This document shows, one piece after another, positions 13,219 through 26,480 of a DNA stretch of 64,000 nt. The notes under the pieces were generated by a model. That model ran no database searches. It was not told where the DNA came from and worked only from the letters and a program-made list of their open reading frames with translations. Source of the DNA: Octopus bimaculoides (lineage: Eukaryota); NCBI RefSeq assembly GCF_001194135.2, contig NC_069000.1, positions 15,032,737-15,096,736 on the forward strand. Direction: 5' to 3'. The translations under genes and the position numbers were made by a program. Every line of letters begins with the position of its first letter. Positions within the stretch are counted from its first letter, which is position 1.

Positions 13219-13770
13219 AATGAGATATGGGAGACCCTGTGTTAGAAAAAGTGGCCAAATTTTCCTTAAATTGTATTCTGTTCATCTTTAAAAAAGGAGG
13301 GACACTTTGGAATATGTATGCAACTTTTGTATTTCATTTTCACCAATGAGATATAAGAGACTCTATGCAGTCCCTTGGCCTGCTAGAAAAAGCAGCCAAA
13401 TTTTCCCCAAATGATATTCTGTTTTAAAAAAACAAGAGATACATTGAGAAATCTATGCAACTTTTCTTCCTTTTTTTTTTTTTTTACTTTTGTTTTATCA
13501 ATAAAATATGGGAACCTCTGTGCAGTCTCTTGACCTGTTAGAAAAAGCAGTCAGATTTCCTCTAAATTGTATTCTGTTTATCCTAAAAAAAAGAAGACAC
13601 TTTGAAATACGTATGCAACTTTTATATATATTTTTTTTAACAATGTGATTTGAAAGAATCTATGCAGTTCCTTAACCTGCTAGAATAAACAGCCAGATTT
13701 TCTCCAAACTGTATTCTGTCTTGAAAAAACAAAAGGAGATACATTTAGGAATGTATGCAACATTTTTTTT
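13219..13770 (+). repeat. Four diverged tandem units of about 140 bp
   Basis: Units start near 13219, 13345, 13499 and 13641; shared TAGAAAAAG..G.CA.ATTT...TATTCTG...TATGCAAC. Confidence 0.8.
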
Positions 13771-14614
13771 TGACGGTGAGACAGGGAAATCTTATTTGTA
13801 TGTAAAATTATATATAAAGAATTCCAATGTTAAATTGAAGAATCATTCCATACCTTTCAGCCTCTCCCTACAATGTCATTCTAACAATAAAGAATCACAT
13901 CATCAAAAAGGCAAAGTTATGAGATAATGCCTGATTAATAACATTCAAAACAATGTTAATTCCTTAGCATCTAAACCAGCCATATGCAGCTCAAATATTC
14001 TACTTATGTTCAAACTGGCCAGATCTAGCCTTTCACACCTATCCAACAAAGTCATTCTAAAACTAAACCATTACATCTTCAAAATTTTGAAGCTACAAGG
14101 TACTACATGATTAATTTCTTAGAAGGTGAATAAATAACTAATACATTTGACAAAATAAAATGAATTACAAGGTGAGCCTCCGAATCAGACAGTCATGTCT
14201 TTTCCCATGTAGGATATATATTTATTTTACTTGTGCAAGTAGTTCACAGGTGTGATTTCAAATCTTGCCTATATTTTTAGTGTCAGTGAAATGTATGTTA
14301 ACCTGTACAAGTCAACTGACTACAACTTCTTTTCTTCTTTTATCTTCAAAACCTTGTTGACAGTGTGACAAATATTCCTGAGTCACCGTGTCATCTAACT
14401 CTGAACATAATGACTTTTTTTTACTTCGTTGTCATCATCATCATCATCATCATCGTCATTATTTTTTGTCCTGTGCTTGTTTCAGTCATTGAATTGTGGC
14501 CATGCTGGAGCACCACCTTGAAAGGTTTTAATCAAACAAATGAACTCCAGTGCTTATATATATATATATATATATATNNNNNNNNNNCACACACACACAC
14601 ACACACACACACAT

Positions 14615-15001
14615 AAGATCTTTTTCCTTTCAACGGCAGATCGAGAAATTAATTTTTTGTAACCAAACACTTTCAAACTTCGGACACTGGTATAATGTTT
14701 CATATAAAACATCTTTTACTTTTAGTGCTGTTGAGAGAAGTTTCTATTTTCAAAGTTATTTCATGTTAAAGTTGTCATATTTCGGTAATTTCAACCAATC
14801 AATGACATGTATTCAGCTAAATAAAATTACTGTTGTTGTTTGTCAACAACAACTATCAGTGGTGTATATTTCGTTTGTCACTGTTATTTATGGCATCGTT
14901 CATGTGTTTGTACTGGTTTTAGCTTTAGGGTGTTAGGATTTTAGGGTTAGGGTTACGGTTTGGATTTTAGGGTTAGGGTTGGGGTTTTAGAGTTAGAGTT
15001 A
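14615..15001. mobile_element. Diverged relative of the 42002 element with degenerate TTAGGG tract
   Basis: 14653-14820 aligns by eye to the reverse complement of 42385-42560; degenerate (TTAGGG)-like tract at 14919-15001. Confidence 0.75.
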
Positions 15002-15667
15002 TGGAAAAAGTGAAAAAAAATGAAGAAATTGGAGGGGTAGGAGTAGGGGGCAAAAAAGTATTTCTGAAAATAGTAGCTGAAAAACAGGAAAAAAAAAACT
15101 AAAAGCAGTAGAAATGCACGAACGATCATGGCGAACAAACAAGTACACACACATATGTAAATATAGATGACAACCTTCAATGCAATTACCCTCCACCAAA
15201 TTAATTTACAAGGGCATTGCTCAGCCCAGGACTATTGCAGAAGACACTTGGCCCAAGATGCCATGCTGTGGAACTGAATCTGCCACTAGACAGTTAGGAA
15301 GGCAGCAAGCTGCTTAATCACACAGCCAAACCAAACATTGAGTCCCATTCTTCTGTATGTTGGGTCTATCACATTATTTCAAGTGGTCATACGGTTAGAC
15401 GGTCATTGAAAGACTCTACTTAAGATAGGAATGGTGCTTAGCAGAGATGGAATTAAAGATTCTATTGAATTACAATGGCTTTGGTCATTTGTTGAGGAAG
15501 AAAATAATTAGAGTTATTTATCTCTGTCACCTTGTGTATTCTAGAATTGTCAATTAGTTTCTTATCACTCAGGTGAAATAAAGAATCTACTCCAAACCTG
15601 TGCTACATTTCCACCAAGGAATGCTGCTTTCCTGTCAGCTAGTCTTTGTCATTTACCATTCCTGTTG

Positions 15668-16075
15668 TTTCTTCTCTTTCCTTTGTTTTTTTTTTGTTTT
15701 TTATTTCTCTTCTGTCTTTAGTTCTTGCTTTTCTCTGTCTTCCCTCGCTCTCTCTCCTCTTTCATTCTTCTGTCTCTTTCTCTCACTCTCACTCTCTTTC
15801 TCTCACTCTCACTCTCACTCCTCTCTCATTCTTATCTCCCTCTCTCATTCTTTCTTCTTTCCTGTTCTCTTTCCATTTCTTTTCTCTCCCTCTCTGTCAT
15901 TTTCATTGCTCTCTCTATCTCTTTCCCCTTTTTCTCTCGCTCTCTTTTCACTCTCATTCTTCACTCTCTCTTCTCCCTTTCTTCTCTCTCTTTTTCATTT
16001 CTCTCTCTTTTTCATTTCTCTCTCTCCCTTCTCTCTTTTGCTTTCTCTTTCTCACATTCTCTCTCTCTCTCTCTG
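15668..16075 (+). repeat. Long imperfect CT-rich polypyrimidine tract
   Basis: About 400 nt dominated by C/T on the + strand. Confidence 0.9.
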
Positions 16076-16690
16076 AGATATAGAAAAATCAATTATGTGG
16101 TATTCCATTAAGATAAAATAAATCTAAAATTTATGATATATGCACACACACACACACACCACACATACTTAGATCTAAGCCTGATTTTTGTACCTTAACC
16201 GTGTCAGCGGTGGGGCAAAGATTATATTTTGAGCTGCACTTACTGCTAAATATGGTTATCACAGAATGGAATTGAATCATAACAGATATACTGTCTCACT
16301 AAAAGTAGTTGTCCTGTGTGTGTGTAAGCTTTACACAAAGGGCTGAACCAAGTACTAAATTTAAGATTTAAAATAATTCTAAATTCATATCGGAACTTTT
16401 ATAAATGAATAGATCATCTTCATCATCATCATTTAACATTCGTTGTCCATGCTGGCATGGGTTGGACAGTTTAACCAGGGCTGGCATGCTGCCAGGCTGT
16501 GCCAGGCTGTGCCAGGCTGTGCCAGGCTGTGCCAGGCTCCAGTCTGATTTGGCATGGTTTTCTACAGCTGGATGCCCTTCCTAATGCCAACTGAGATTGT
16601 AATTGGTGCCTTTACGTGCCACCAGCACTTTACAGAGTGTGCTAGGTACCTTTTATGTGCCACTGGCACGAATGCATTTTACATGGCACC

Positions 16691-16732
<42 letters not shown>

Positions 16733-17434
16733 AACGTCTGTGTGTATGTGTATATATAAAAGCTACTTCTTACTGATTTCCAGCCCTGGTTTTACTGTGT
16801 GTATATTGAAGTGTAGCTAAAGTACATTAGAAAGGTTACCTTTAAGAGTATAGATAAATGCATGTAAGTAACATTTGGATTTGTAGGTTATAAGATTACA
16901 TTTAATGATTATAGTTGGTGGTCATCATCATCATCATCATCATTTTTAATAACATAATGGCAATGTGTTTGGGAACAAACCAAGGACATATGTGTTCAAT
17001 TTCCATCCTACTCACCCTCTCTATCACTTTCTCTCTAAGACTTCCTGTATTGCTCTTTATCACTCATTCTCTTTCATTCATTCACTTTCTGTCTCTGTCT
17101 GTATGTCTGTCTGTCTCTTTCTCACACAGGTCCACTAGTGTGTGTGTGGGGGGGGGGGGATAAATAGCCACAATGATGATGTCTGTCTTTGGCCCTAGGC
17201 CATAATTGATATGGATTTTAATCACCAATAACACCCATGTTGAATCAATTATGGTAGGATATGAACATGGAATGCTCCCATGATGATAATGATTTCTGAT
17301 ATTGATAAGCACAATGCCACATTATATGTAGGAGTTCTTTAGAATTGACTGGATAAATCTCAATACTATTACTGGTAGCTTTTTATTGACAGATTAATTA
17401 GCATGTTATGGGAAAAACTCCAAGTACAAAACCC

Positions 17435-17603
17435 TCACCTGAAGGACACCAGTCTTTGATTTGCTGTCAAGGTTGGCTCCCCTAGCTTTTTCCTTTCCCA
17501 AAGCAATTACAAGACAGTGAGGGTTTTGTAATTGCTTTGGGTACGGAAAAAGGTAGGGGAGTCAACCTTGACAGCAAATCAAAGACTGGTGTCCTTCAGG
17601 TGA
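17435..17603. repeat. Near-perfect 78-bp inverted repeat with 13-nt loop
   Basis: 17435-17512 vs 17526-17603, 4 mismatches. Confidence 0.95.
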
Positions 17604-18027
17604 TCTGGTACCCTCTGTGGCACTCTTCTGGCAATTCCAGGGTAGGTGGAGCTCTACTAAAGGAAGTTGACCTTGGTAGCATTTGAACTCAGAACATAGA
17701 TAGCCAGGAGTGCTATGCGTTTTTTCCTGATGCATTAAGGATTCTGCTAACTCATTGTCTCAATAATAACCCTTTCTGTTGAAGACATAGGGCCTGAAAT
17801 TTTGGAGAAGTGTTGAGTGAAATATTTTGGTCCCCAGTGCTCAACTAAAAACAATAAGTGCAAGTGCGTAGGAGTGACTGTGTGGTAAGTAGGTTGCTTG
17901 CAAACCGCATGGTTCCAGGTTCAGTCCCACTGCATGGCACCTTGGGCAAGCATCTTCTACTATAGCCTCGGGCCGACCAAAGCCTTGTGAGTGGATTTGA
18001 TAGACGGAAACTGAAAGAAGCCCGTCG

Positions 18028-18060
<33 letters not shown>

Positions 18061-19693
18061 TTATGTTTGTGTGTCTGTGTTTGTCCCCCCAACATCGCTT
18101 GACAACCAATGCTGGTGTGTTTACGTCCCCATAACTTAGCAGTTCAGCAAAAGAGACCGATAGAACACTATGTCGTGTACATATGGTTGTGATGCATGTG
18201 CCTGGTGTACTCTTATCAGACGGGTAGTCATGATGGGTATACTGGGTTTCGTATATTTTACCCCAGTGTCACTTTGATGGCATGCACTGCTCTCTCACTC
18301 AATAATAATAATTCTTTGTACTATAGGTGCAGGGCCTGAAATTTTAGTAGAAGGGAGCTAGTTGACTATATCCACCCAGTGCTCAACTAGTATTTATTTA
18401 TTGACCCTGAAAGGATAAAAGGCAAAATCAACCTCAGTAGAATCTGAACTCAGAATATGAAGCAGGAATAAATGCTGCTAAGCATTTTGTCCAAGAAGTG
18501 ATGGGTGGGAAATGGAAACAGAAACAAATTCTATGATACTAATTTGAAATATGTTGTATAAGAGTGATTAATATGAATTAATGTCGTATTTGAAATGGTG
18601 GAGTATAATTTCAAAATAAATTGTGATTTATGAGAAAAAATCTTGAGCCTCAAGATAATCTATGTAAAATATATTTCAATTATTCATTTTGTTTTTTCAC
18701 CTGTTTATCAAAGTGAGATGCAGCACGGAATTTTGTCAGTGAACAGGTTGTGGTTTCAAAGCGATGAAAATATTTTGACAAATTAAATTTAGATGTTGAA
18801 GTGGATCTAACGGTTTTTGTGTGTTTTTAAATGGCTTATAAACACCTTCCATGCTGCAATTGTTTTTCTTTCAGCACACAATTTCAGATCAAGTCACTTG
18901 CTATGCAAGAACATCTCCGAAGATATTTTTGTTATTTAGAAATTGTGTTTTGTTTAATTTCTGTGGTATAAAGATCATTAAATAAAAAAGAAAAAAAAGA
19001 ATAAATGATCTTCTTACACTTTTATTCATTCCTTTTTTTCTTTTGAACATTCATTTTTGTCATTGTCATCATTTTGTTATTAACTTTTGCAACCTTGCAT
19101 GGGTCAAATAGAATTTAAAGTAGATTTTTTTCTTTCTAATGCTGGGTGCCTTTCCTGCCACTAACATGTCTTTGTTTCCAAGCAAGATGATATTTCCTTG
19201 TGACTAGATATGTTTTGATGGAAGATTGGGAATGAATGATAGTGATACACATTCACAACTATCATATAACAAGATGAAGAGATAGACACACACACACACA
19301 TGTGTGTATCTATCTATCTATCTATCTATATATATATATATATATATATATATGCATATATGTATATACATACATATGTTATAGAGATAGAGAGATATAT
19401 TGTTTTTTATACATACACGCACACACACTTACACACTTGTGTCTGTGTTTGTCTCCCCATCACTGCTTGACAACCTATGCTGGTGTGTTTACGTCCGCCA
19501 TAACTTAGCTGTTCGGAAAAAGGGTCAGATAGAAAAATTACTAGGCTTACAAAGAATAAGTTTTGGGGTTGATTTCTTTGACTAAAAAAAAACCTTTAAA
19601 GCAATGCTCCAGCATGGCTGCAGTCAAATGACTGAAATGTGAAAAAGAAGGGAATAGAAGCAACACTGATTGTCAAGTGAAGGCAAACACAAA

Positions 19694-19773
<80 letters not shown>

Positions 19774-20064
19774 TACAACAGGCTTCCACATAGTTTCCAT
19801 CTATTAAATTTACTCGCAAGACATTGGTCAACCAACGTCTATAATAGAATACATTTGTCCCAACTGCTGCACAGTGGGACTGAACCTGAAACTTTACAGC
19901 CATGCCTGTGCTTATGTGATAAAAAATAATAAAGGAAAAAGGGGTAAAAACAAGATGCTCAAGGGTGGAGTGCTTTTAACCATTGGTCTGCTCAGTTAGG
20001 CTGATCTGGAGGCTTATCTATAACTTCATTGTACTTTTACATTCAGTATGTAGTGCCATTCATC

Positions 20065-20105
<41 letters not shown>

Positions 20106-20569
20106 CCTACACACATTAATGCTTAGCTGTTTTCCTCAGCTCACCTAACTTATTATTATTATTATTATTATTATGGTTATTGTTATTATCATCATCATCA
20201 TCATAAGAGGTGAGTTTGAAATGTTTGACACTTACATGCATTATTCATTGTAGCAGGTGGGTGTCAAATGGATGTTCTTTTCTTTAGTACCAGCCATTCT
20301 GGCTCCAGTATGGAATCAAGAATTATAAGCTACCACACTCAATTCCCATTATATTCAAATTTATTCATTGTCTTGGACATCTTCATAACCTTGGCAGCAG
20401 CAGTCACAACAACAACAACAACAACAACAACAATAATAATAATTTCTTTAATTTGCCACATGGGTATCAGATAAAGAAAGCATTACAGGTACGGTTTACA
20501 ATCTACTTAAAAGAAAAGGAAATGAGATAAAGGTATACACTGTATACAAAATATGTAAACACATATTTA

Positions 20570-20957
20570 GGCGCCGGAGTGGCTATGTGGTAAGTAGCTT
20601 GCTTACCAACCACATGGTTCCAGGTTCAGTCCCACTGTATGGCACCTTGGGCAAGTGTCTTCTACTATAGCCTCGGGCTGACCAAAGCCTTGTGAGTGGA
20701 TTTGGTAGACGGAAACTGAAAGAAGCCCATCATATATATGTATATATACGTGTATTTGTGTGTCTGTGTTTGTCCCCCCACCATTGCTTGACAACCGATG
20801 CTGGTGTGTTTACGTCCCTGTAACTTAGCGGTTCGGCAAAAGAGAGACCGCTAGAATAAGTACTAGGCTTACAAAGAATAAGTCCTGGGGTCGATTTTCT
20901 CGACTAAAGGCGGTGCTCCAGCATGGCCACAGTCAAATGACTGAAACAAGTAAAGAG
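20570..20957 (+). mobile_element. SINE family A (tRNA head, CORE-like block, central TA/TG microsatellite), full-length copy; probably one of the octopus OK/OR SINE families
   Basis: Head GGCGCCGGAGTGGCTATGTGGTAAG...GGTTCAGTCCC (Pol III A/B boxes), CACCTTGGGCAAGTG block, tail CCAGCATGGCC.CAGTCAAATGACTGAAACAAGTAAA. Other copies at about 747-1070(+), 3068-3240(-), 4242-4405(+), 4838-5062(-), 9744-10120(-), 17866-18165(+), 26828-26975(-), 28329-28620(+), 29373-29930(+), 40553-40738(+), 41440-41626(-), 46040-46910(+), 56455-56650(+), 60936-61110(-), 63507-64000(-). Confidence 0.9.
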
Positions 20958-22224
20958 TACATGAATGACACTGTTCTCCCGTTAGAAGAGAAACTCCAAC
21001 TAGGGTCAATCAAAAAACCCTTCAAATCCAGCATTACTCTGACCAAATGTTGTTCTCTAGATCGTCTCTCACCGAACAGACCTAAGAATCAAGTTGTTCT
21101 AACCATGACCACCATCCCTTATGTTTATATATGAAAGGTTGAAATTGTCTGCTGTGTTTTTCTGGTTTTAAGAAGTAATGTGTGATATTTTAGAGAGGTT
21201 TTGACTGCTATTGCTAGCTCTTCTTTCAGCCATGTACTGGTTATCTCTTTAGTGATGGCAGAGGGTTGTGGGGAAATACTCAAAATGGCTGGCAGTATTT
21301 TACTTTGTTCTTCCTGTACTCTGTGGAGGTGCAATGGCCCAGTGATTAGGGCAGCGGACTCGCGGTCGTAGGATTGTGAGTGTTTCTTGAGCGAAAACAC
21401 CTAAAGCTCCACGGGGCTCTGGCAGGGGATGTGGCGAACCCTGCTGTACTCTTTCACCACAACTTTCTCTCATTCTTTCTTACTGTTTCTGTTGTACCTG
21501 TATTTCAAAAGGTCCAGCCTTGTCACACTCTGTGTCACGCTGAATTTCCCTGAGAACTACGTTAAGGGTACACGTGTCTGTGGAGTGCTCAGCCACTTGC
21601 ACGTTAAATGAAGTAGATTGACAAATTTATTTTTCGAACCAGTTGAAGACACGCGAGATGTCGAAATATTGTTCACTAGATAACAAATGGCACTCTTCTT
21701 TTAATTTTGATTCTATATCTTCAGGAGGAGTTACCTCAATCCTTTCTATATTAACCAAAATGAAGTAGATTAACAAATTTATTTTTTGAACCAGTTGAAG
21801 ACACACAAGATGTCGAAATATCATTCACTAGATAACAAATGGCACTCTTCTTTTAATTTTGATTCNNNNNNNNNNGGGCTCTGGCAGGGGATGTGGCGAA
21901 CCCTGCTGTACTCTTTCACCACAACTTTCTCTCATTCTTTCTTACTGTTTCTGTTGTACCTGTATTTCAAAAGGTCCAGCCTTGTCACACTCTGTGTCAC
22001 GCTGAATTTCCCTGAGAACTACGTTAAGGGTACACGTGTCTGTGGAGTGCTCAGCCACTTGCACGTTAAATGAAGTAGATTGACAAATTTATTTTTCGAA
22101 CCAGTTGAAGACACGCGAGATGTCGAAATATTGTTCACTAGATAACAAATGGCACTCTTCTTTTAATTTTGATTCTATATCTTCAGGAGGAGTTACCTCA
22201 ATCCTTTCTATATTAACCATAATG

Positions 22225-22256
<32 letters not shown>

Positions 22257-22849
22257 AATAATGATAATAATAATAATAATAATAGTAATCCTTTCTTTTA
22301 TGGGTACAGGACCAGAACTTTTGTGAGGAAGGGAAGGTTGATTACATCGACCCCAGTAGATGACTGGTATTTATCTTATTGATCCTGAAAGGATAAGCAA
22401 AATGACCTTAGCTGAATTTGAGCTCAGAACTTAGACGGACAAAATGCTACTAAGCAATTTACCTTAGATGCTAACAACTCCACCAGTTTGCCGCCTTACT
22501 ATATAACTAAATAATATTAGCTTTTAGCGTCTGGCTCTATCATTTCTATGATTTTAGCTGTCCTCTATTTGCCTTGATGGCTTTTAGAGTTTAGCACTGT
22601 AATTTCTTCCACTCAAAAAGACTGCCTGCTTTTGTCTGTGGCTTTTTTAGAGTCTGGCACTCTTATCATCCATCGTTTCCACCGCACAACTAAACCTCTT
22701 TTGTCTGATGGCTTTTAAGCCTAGCTCTTAGTCTTTAATAGAACTACTAAGCACTGCGTACACAGACGCAGACATTGTATACAATGCTGTTAACACAAGG
22801 GAAATTAAAAAGAAAAGAAAAAAAAGCACTCAGCAAAACTACTACTATG

Positions 22850-22935
22850 ATGATAATAATAATAATAATAATAATAATAATGGCAATAATAATAATAATA
22901 ATAATGGCAATAATAATAATAATAATAATAATGGC

Positions 22936-22966
<31 letters not shown>

Positions 22967-23019
22967 GCAATAATAATAATAATAATAATGGCAATAATAA
23001 TAATAATAATAATAATGGC

Positions 23020-23050
<31 letters not shown>

Positions 23051-23062
23051 GCAATAATAATA
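22850..23062 (+). repeat. Interrupted (AAT)n microsatellite with an 84-bp higher-order period
   Basis: GGC interruptions at 22882, 22906, 22933, 22966, 22990, 23017, 23050 (spacings 24,27,33,24,27,33). Confidence 0.95.
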
Positions 23063-24030
23063 GTGGTAATAATATTATTAATGATGATGATGATGGCTTT
23101 CTCTTTTTTTTTTTTGGACTATTTCTTTAATAATTGTGATTTTGTTGTTGTTGTTGTTCATAAAAATAAAAAAGACCAGCTATTATGTATTCAAACGAAG
23201 TAGAGCAGGGCAAGAAGCTTTTGTTTGCTGTAATCTGTGGGTCGATCTTCCCAAATAGCAGTCACCGGAGCATTTCACATTGTCAACAGAAACGGCAATA
23301 TTGTTACCATCATTGCTGCCATATGTGCACCACCACTACCACCATCATCACCAACAACTACAACAACATTACCAACACAACATCACTACTAGTAACATCA
23401 ACCAACAAGGGAGCCTTTATGTGGTTGTTTGGTCTGTTAGAAATAGCAGCAAAATCTCCTTCACATCACCATCCTTACTGTCTTTGGAAAAGGATATTTT
23501 GGGTAAGGTCGGCTTTGCTTTTCATCCTTTTGGAGGTCAATAAGAAAAGGATCAGCTGAGTACTAGGGGGCAGGGGTTGATGTAATTGACTCAACTACTC
23601 CTGGGTATGAGTATAAAAACTGCACCCCTCTGCTAAACCATGTTGAACTAGTGTTGCAGAGTATGCTCATCAAACCAGTATGATCTCGTGCCATTTTCTG
23701 GTTGAGACAACATGCTGAGGTCCTCATCCTGCAGTGGACTGAACATGGGCAATCCAATATATGTAATAATTGAAGAATCTATTAGGCACTTTACTGTGTT
23801 TTGTAATGCGCCTGATCCTCTGGTCTGTAGAAAAATTGTCTTGCATGAAACCAGTCTATAATTCAAAAAAGTTTAGGGAGTCATAGCTCTAAAGGAAAAC
23901 TTCATGTTACTGATTCTATTTCAGGGGAAAATAAAAACCCTGTGTATTTACTGACCATTATGAATTCTAATAAAAAATATTTGCCCAAAAAAAAAGAAGA
24001 AAAAAACCTTCTTGTATAATGTATTCTTGA

Positions 24031-24194
<164 letters not shown>

Positions 24195-26425
24195 GTAAGC
24201 CAGTTTATTGATTTAATATGCTATTTTCATTTTTTTAAAAATATTTTGGGAGGGTCATAAAGCCAATAATAAACATGCGCTGGTTGTATTTCACTTCTTT
24301 TATTATTATTAATCAATTCATTAGCATTTAACCAATTTATTAACTAATAGTAAAAAAAAAAATGAAATAGAAACAGTGTGTATGTTTATTATTGGCATAA
24401 TGGCCCTCCCAGGATACCACAAAATCTGCTTCAACACATAAGTTCACATCATGATTTTTGTAAATCAAATACAAAAATGAAATATTCCAAGCTATTTTCA
24501 TTCTTATTTGTCAACAACTTTGACTAAAGGACCAAACTACTGTGGCTGATGAGCTGATATGCAAAAAATAGCAATCCTCAGAGTACATCCTATTCTCTTT
24601 GAAAAGGAAGGACATTGGATAAAGTAGTCCACTGTCTGGGAGAGACAAAAAAAAAAAAAAAGAATAGAAACAGTATAGACACCCCCTACATTATTGAAAC
24701 ATTGTGTTCCTGAAAATTTTACCATATAGAATTCCAATATGTGCAACCATTAACTCTTCTATAATACATAACAATTGGTAATAGGCTTTGTGTTCTGGAA
24801 CTTCATGTTACTGCAAGATATTCAGGAATGCGACATTTCCAGAGCACATCATCATCATCATCATCATCATCATCAGGCTCTGGACATTACTACCTCAAAC
24901 CTTAGACTCATACAGCCTGCTTAACCAGTTCCCATGACATTGGTTCTAGTGAAGGCACATGGTTCAGTGGTTAAAGCATCGGACTCACACTCATGAAGTA
25001 GTGAGTTCAATTCCTGGACTGGGCTGTGTGTTGTGTTCTTGAGCAAGACACTTTATTTCACGTTGCTCCGGTTCACTCAGATGTAGAAATGAGTTGTGAC
25101 GTTACTGGTGCCAAGTTGTATCGGCCTTTGCCTTTCCCTTGGATAACATTGGTGGCTTAGAGAGGGGAGGCTGGTATGCATGAGTGACTGCTGGTCTTCA
25201 ACAAATAACCTTACCTGGACTTGTACCTCGGAGGCTAACTTTCTAGGTACAGTCCCATGGTCATTCATGACCAAGTGGGGTCTTTACCCTTCAGACGATC
25301 TGAGTTGGCAGAATCATTAGCACGCTGAGCAAAATGCTTTGTGATGTTTTATCTATCTTCATGTTCTGAGTTCAAATTCTGCTGAGGTCGACTTTGTCTT
25401 TCATCAAATTACTGAAACAAACAAACAATAAAAGATAAATGATGCCAGACAAAATGCTTTGTGATATTTCTTCCAGCTCTTTTATATTCTGAGTTCAAAT
25501 CCCACTGAAGTTGACTTTGCCTTTCACCCTTACAGAATCAATAAAATAAACATTAGTTGAGCACTGGTATTGATGTAATCGACCTGTCCTTTCCCCAGAA
25601 ATTACGCATATTGTACTTGTTTTAGAAAGAATTATTATTATTAGCACTACTTCCTGTGGCTAAGGCACAACAACAACAACAGTGGCTAATTAAATGTCTG
25701 AAATGACTTGTCGTTAATAAGATTATAAGTTTTATGGACTATTAACTACAGATTTAGAGATGAAAGATTTTTTCATAATATTTTTATTTAAAGTTATGTT
25801 GTGATTGGTTATCTTTGATCAAAACATTAGTTTTTTTTTTTGTTGAAAAAAAATTGTTTTTGCTTTTTTTTTTTAAAAAATAAATAATTTTTTTTTTAAT
25901 ATTTGAAGAGATTTTTTTTCATCTCTAAAGATGAAGTTGGTTAAATTGTCCAAAAAACATTAATCTTGTTGTCATGCTCGCTTGTGCATTAGGTGTGTCT
26001 ATGTGTAAGGTGTGTGTGGATTTGTATTTTGTTGATGTGGTTTTAGCCCTAGGTCAACTCTGATCATCTAAGGACCTCCTTCGAAAATTAACTGTTTATT
26101 CAGCTAGTGGCAATTTTAGATATTTTCTTTGTTATTATGAGTTCGCAGTCTTCTCCTGACTTTAAGGAACCATCATCATTTTAATGTATACTTTTTTTTC
26201 ATGCTTGCCTGAGTTGGATAGAATTTGTTGAGGTGAATTTTCTACAGCAGGATGCCCTTCCTGTTGCCTACCTTTGACTGTATCCAAGTAAGATAATATT
26301 TCCTCTGGACAAGACATTTTCATGGAAGATTGGAAACAAAGGACACCACTTGTCTGACAGTGACACTCATTTACAATTCTCATGCAATGTCAAGGCAAGG
26401 AGACAGTAACACAAATATCCATGCC

Positions 26426-26465
<40 letters not shown>

Positions 26466-26480
26466 TATATATATATATAT

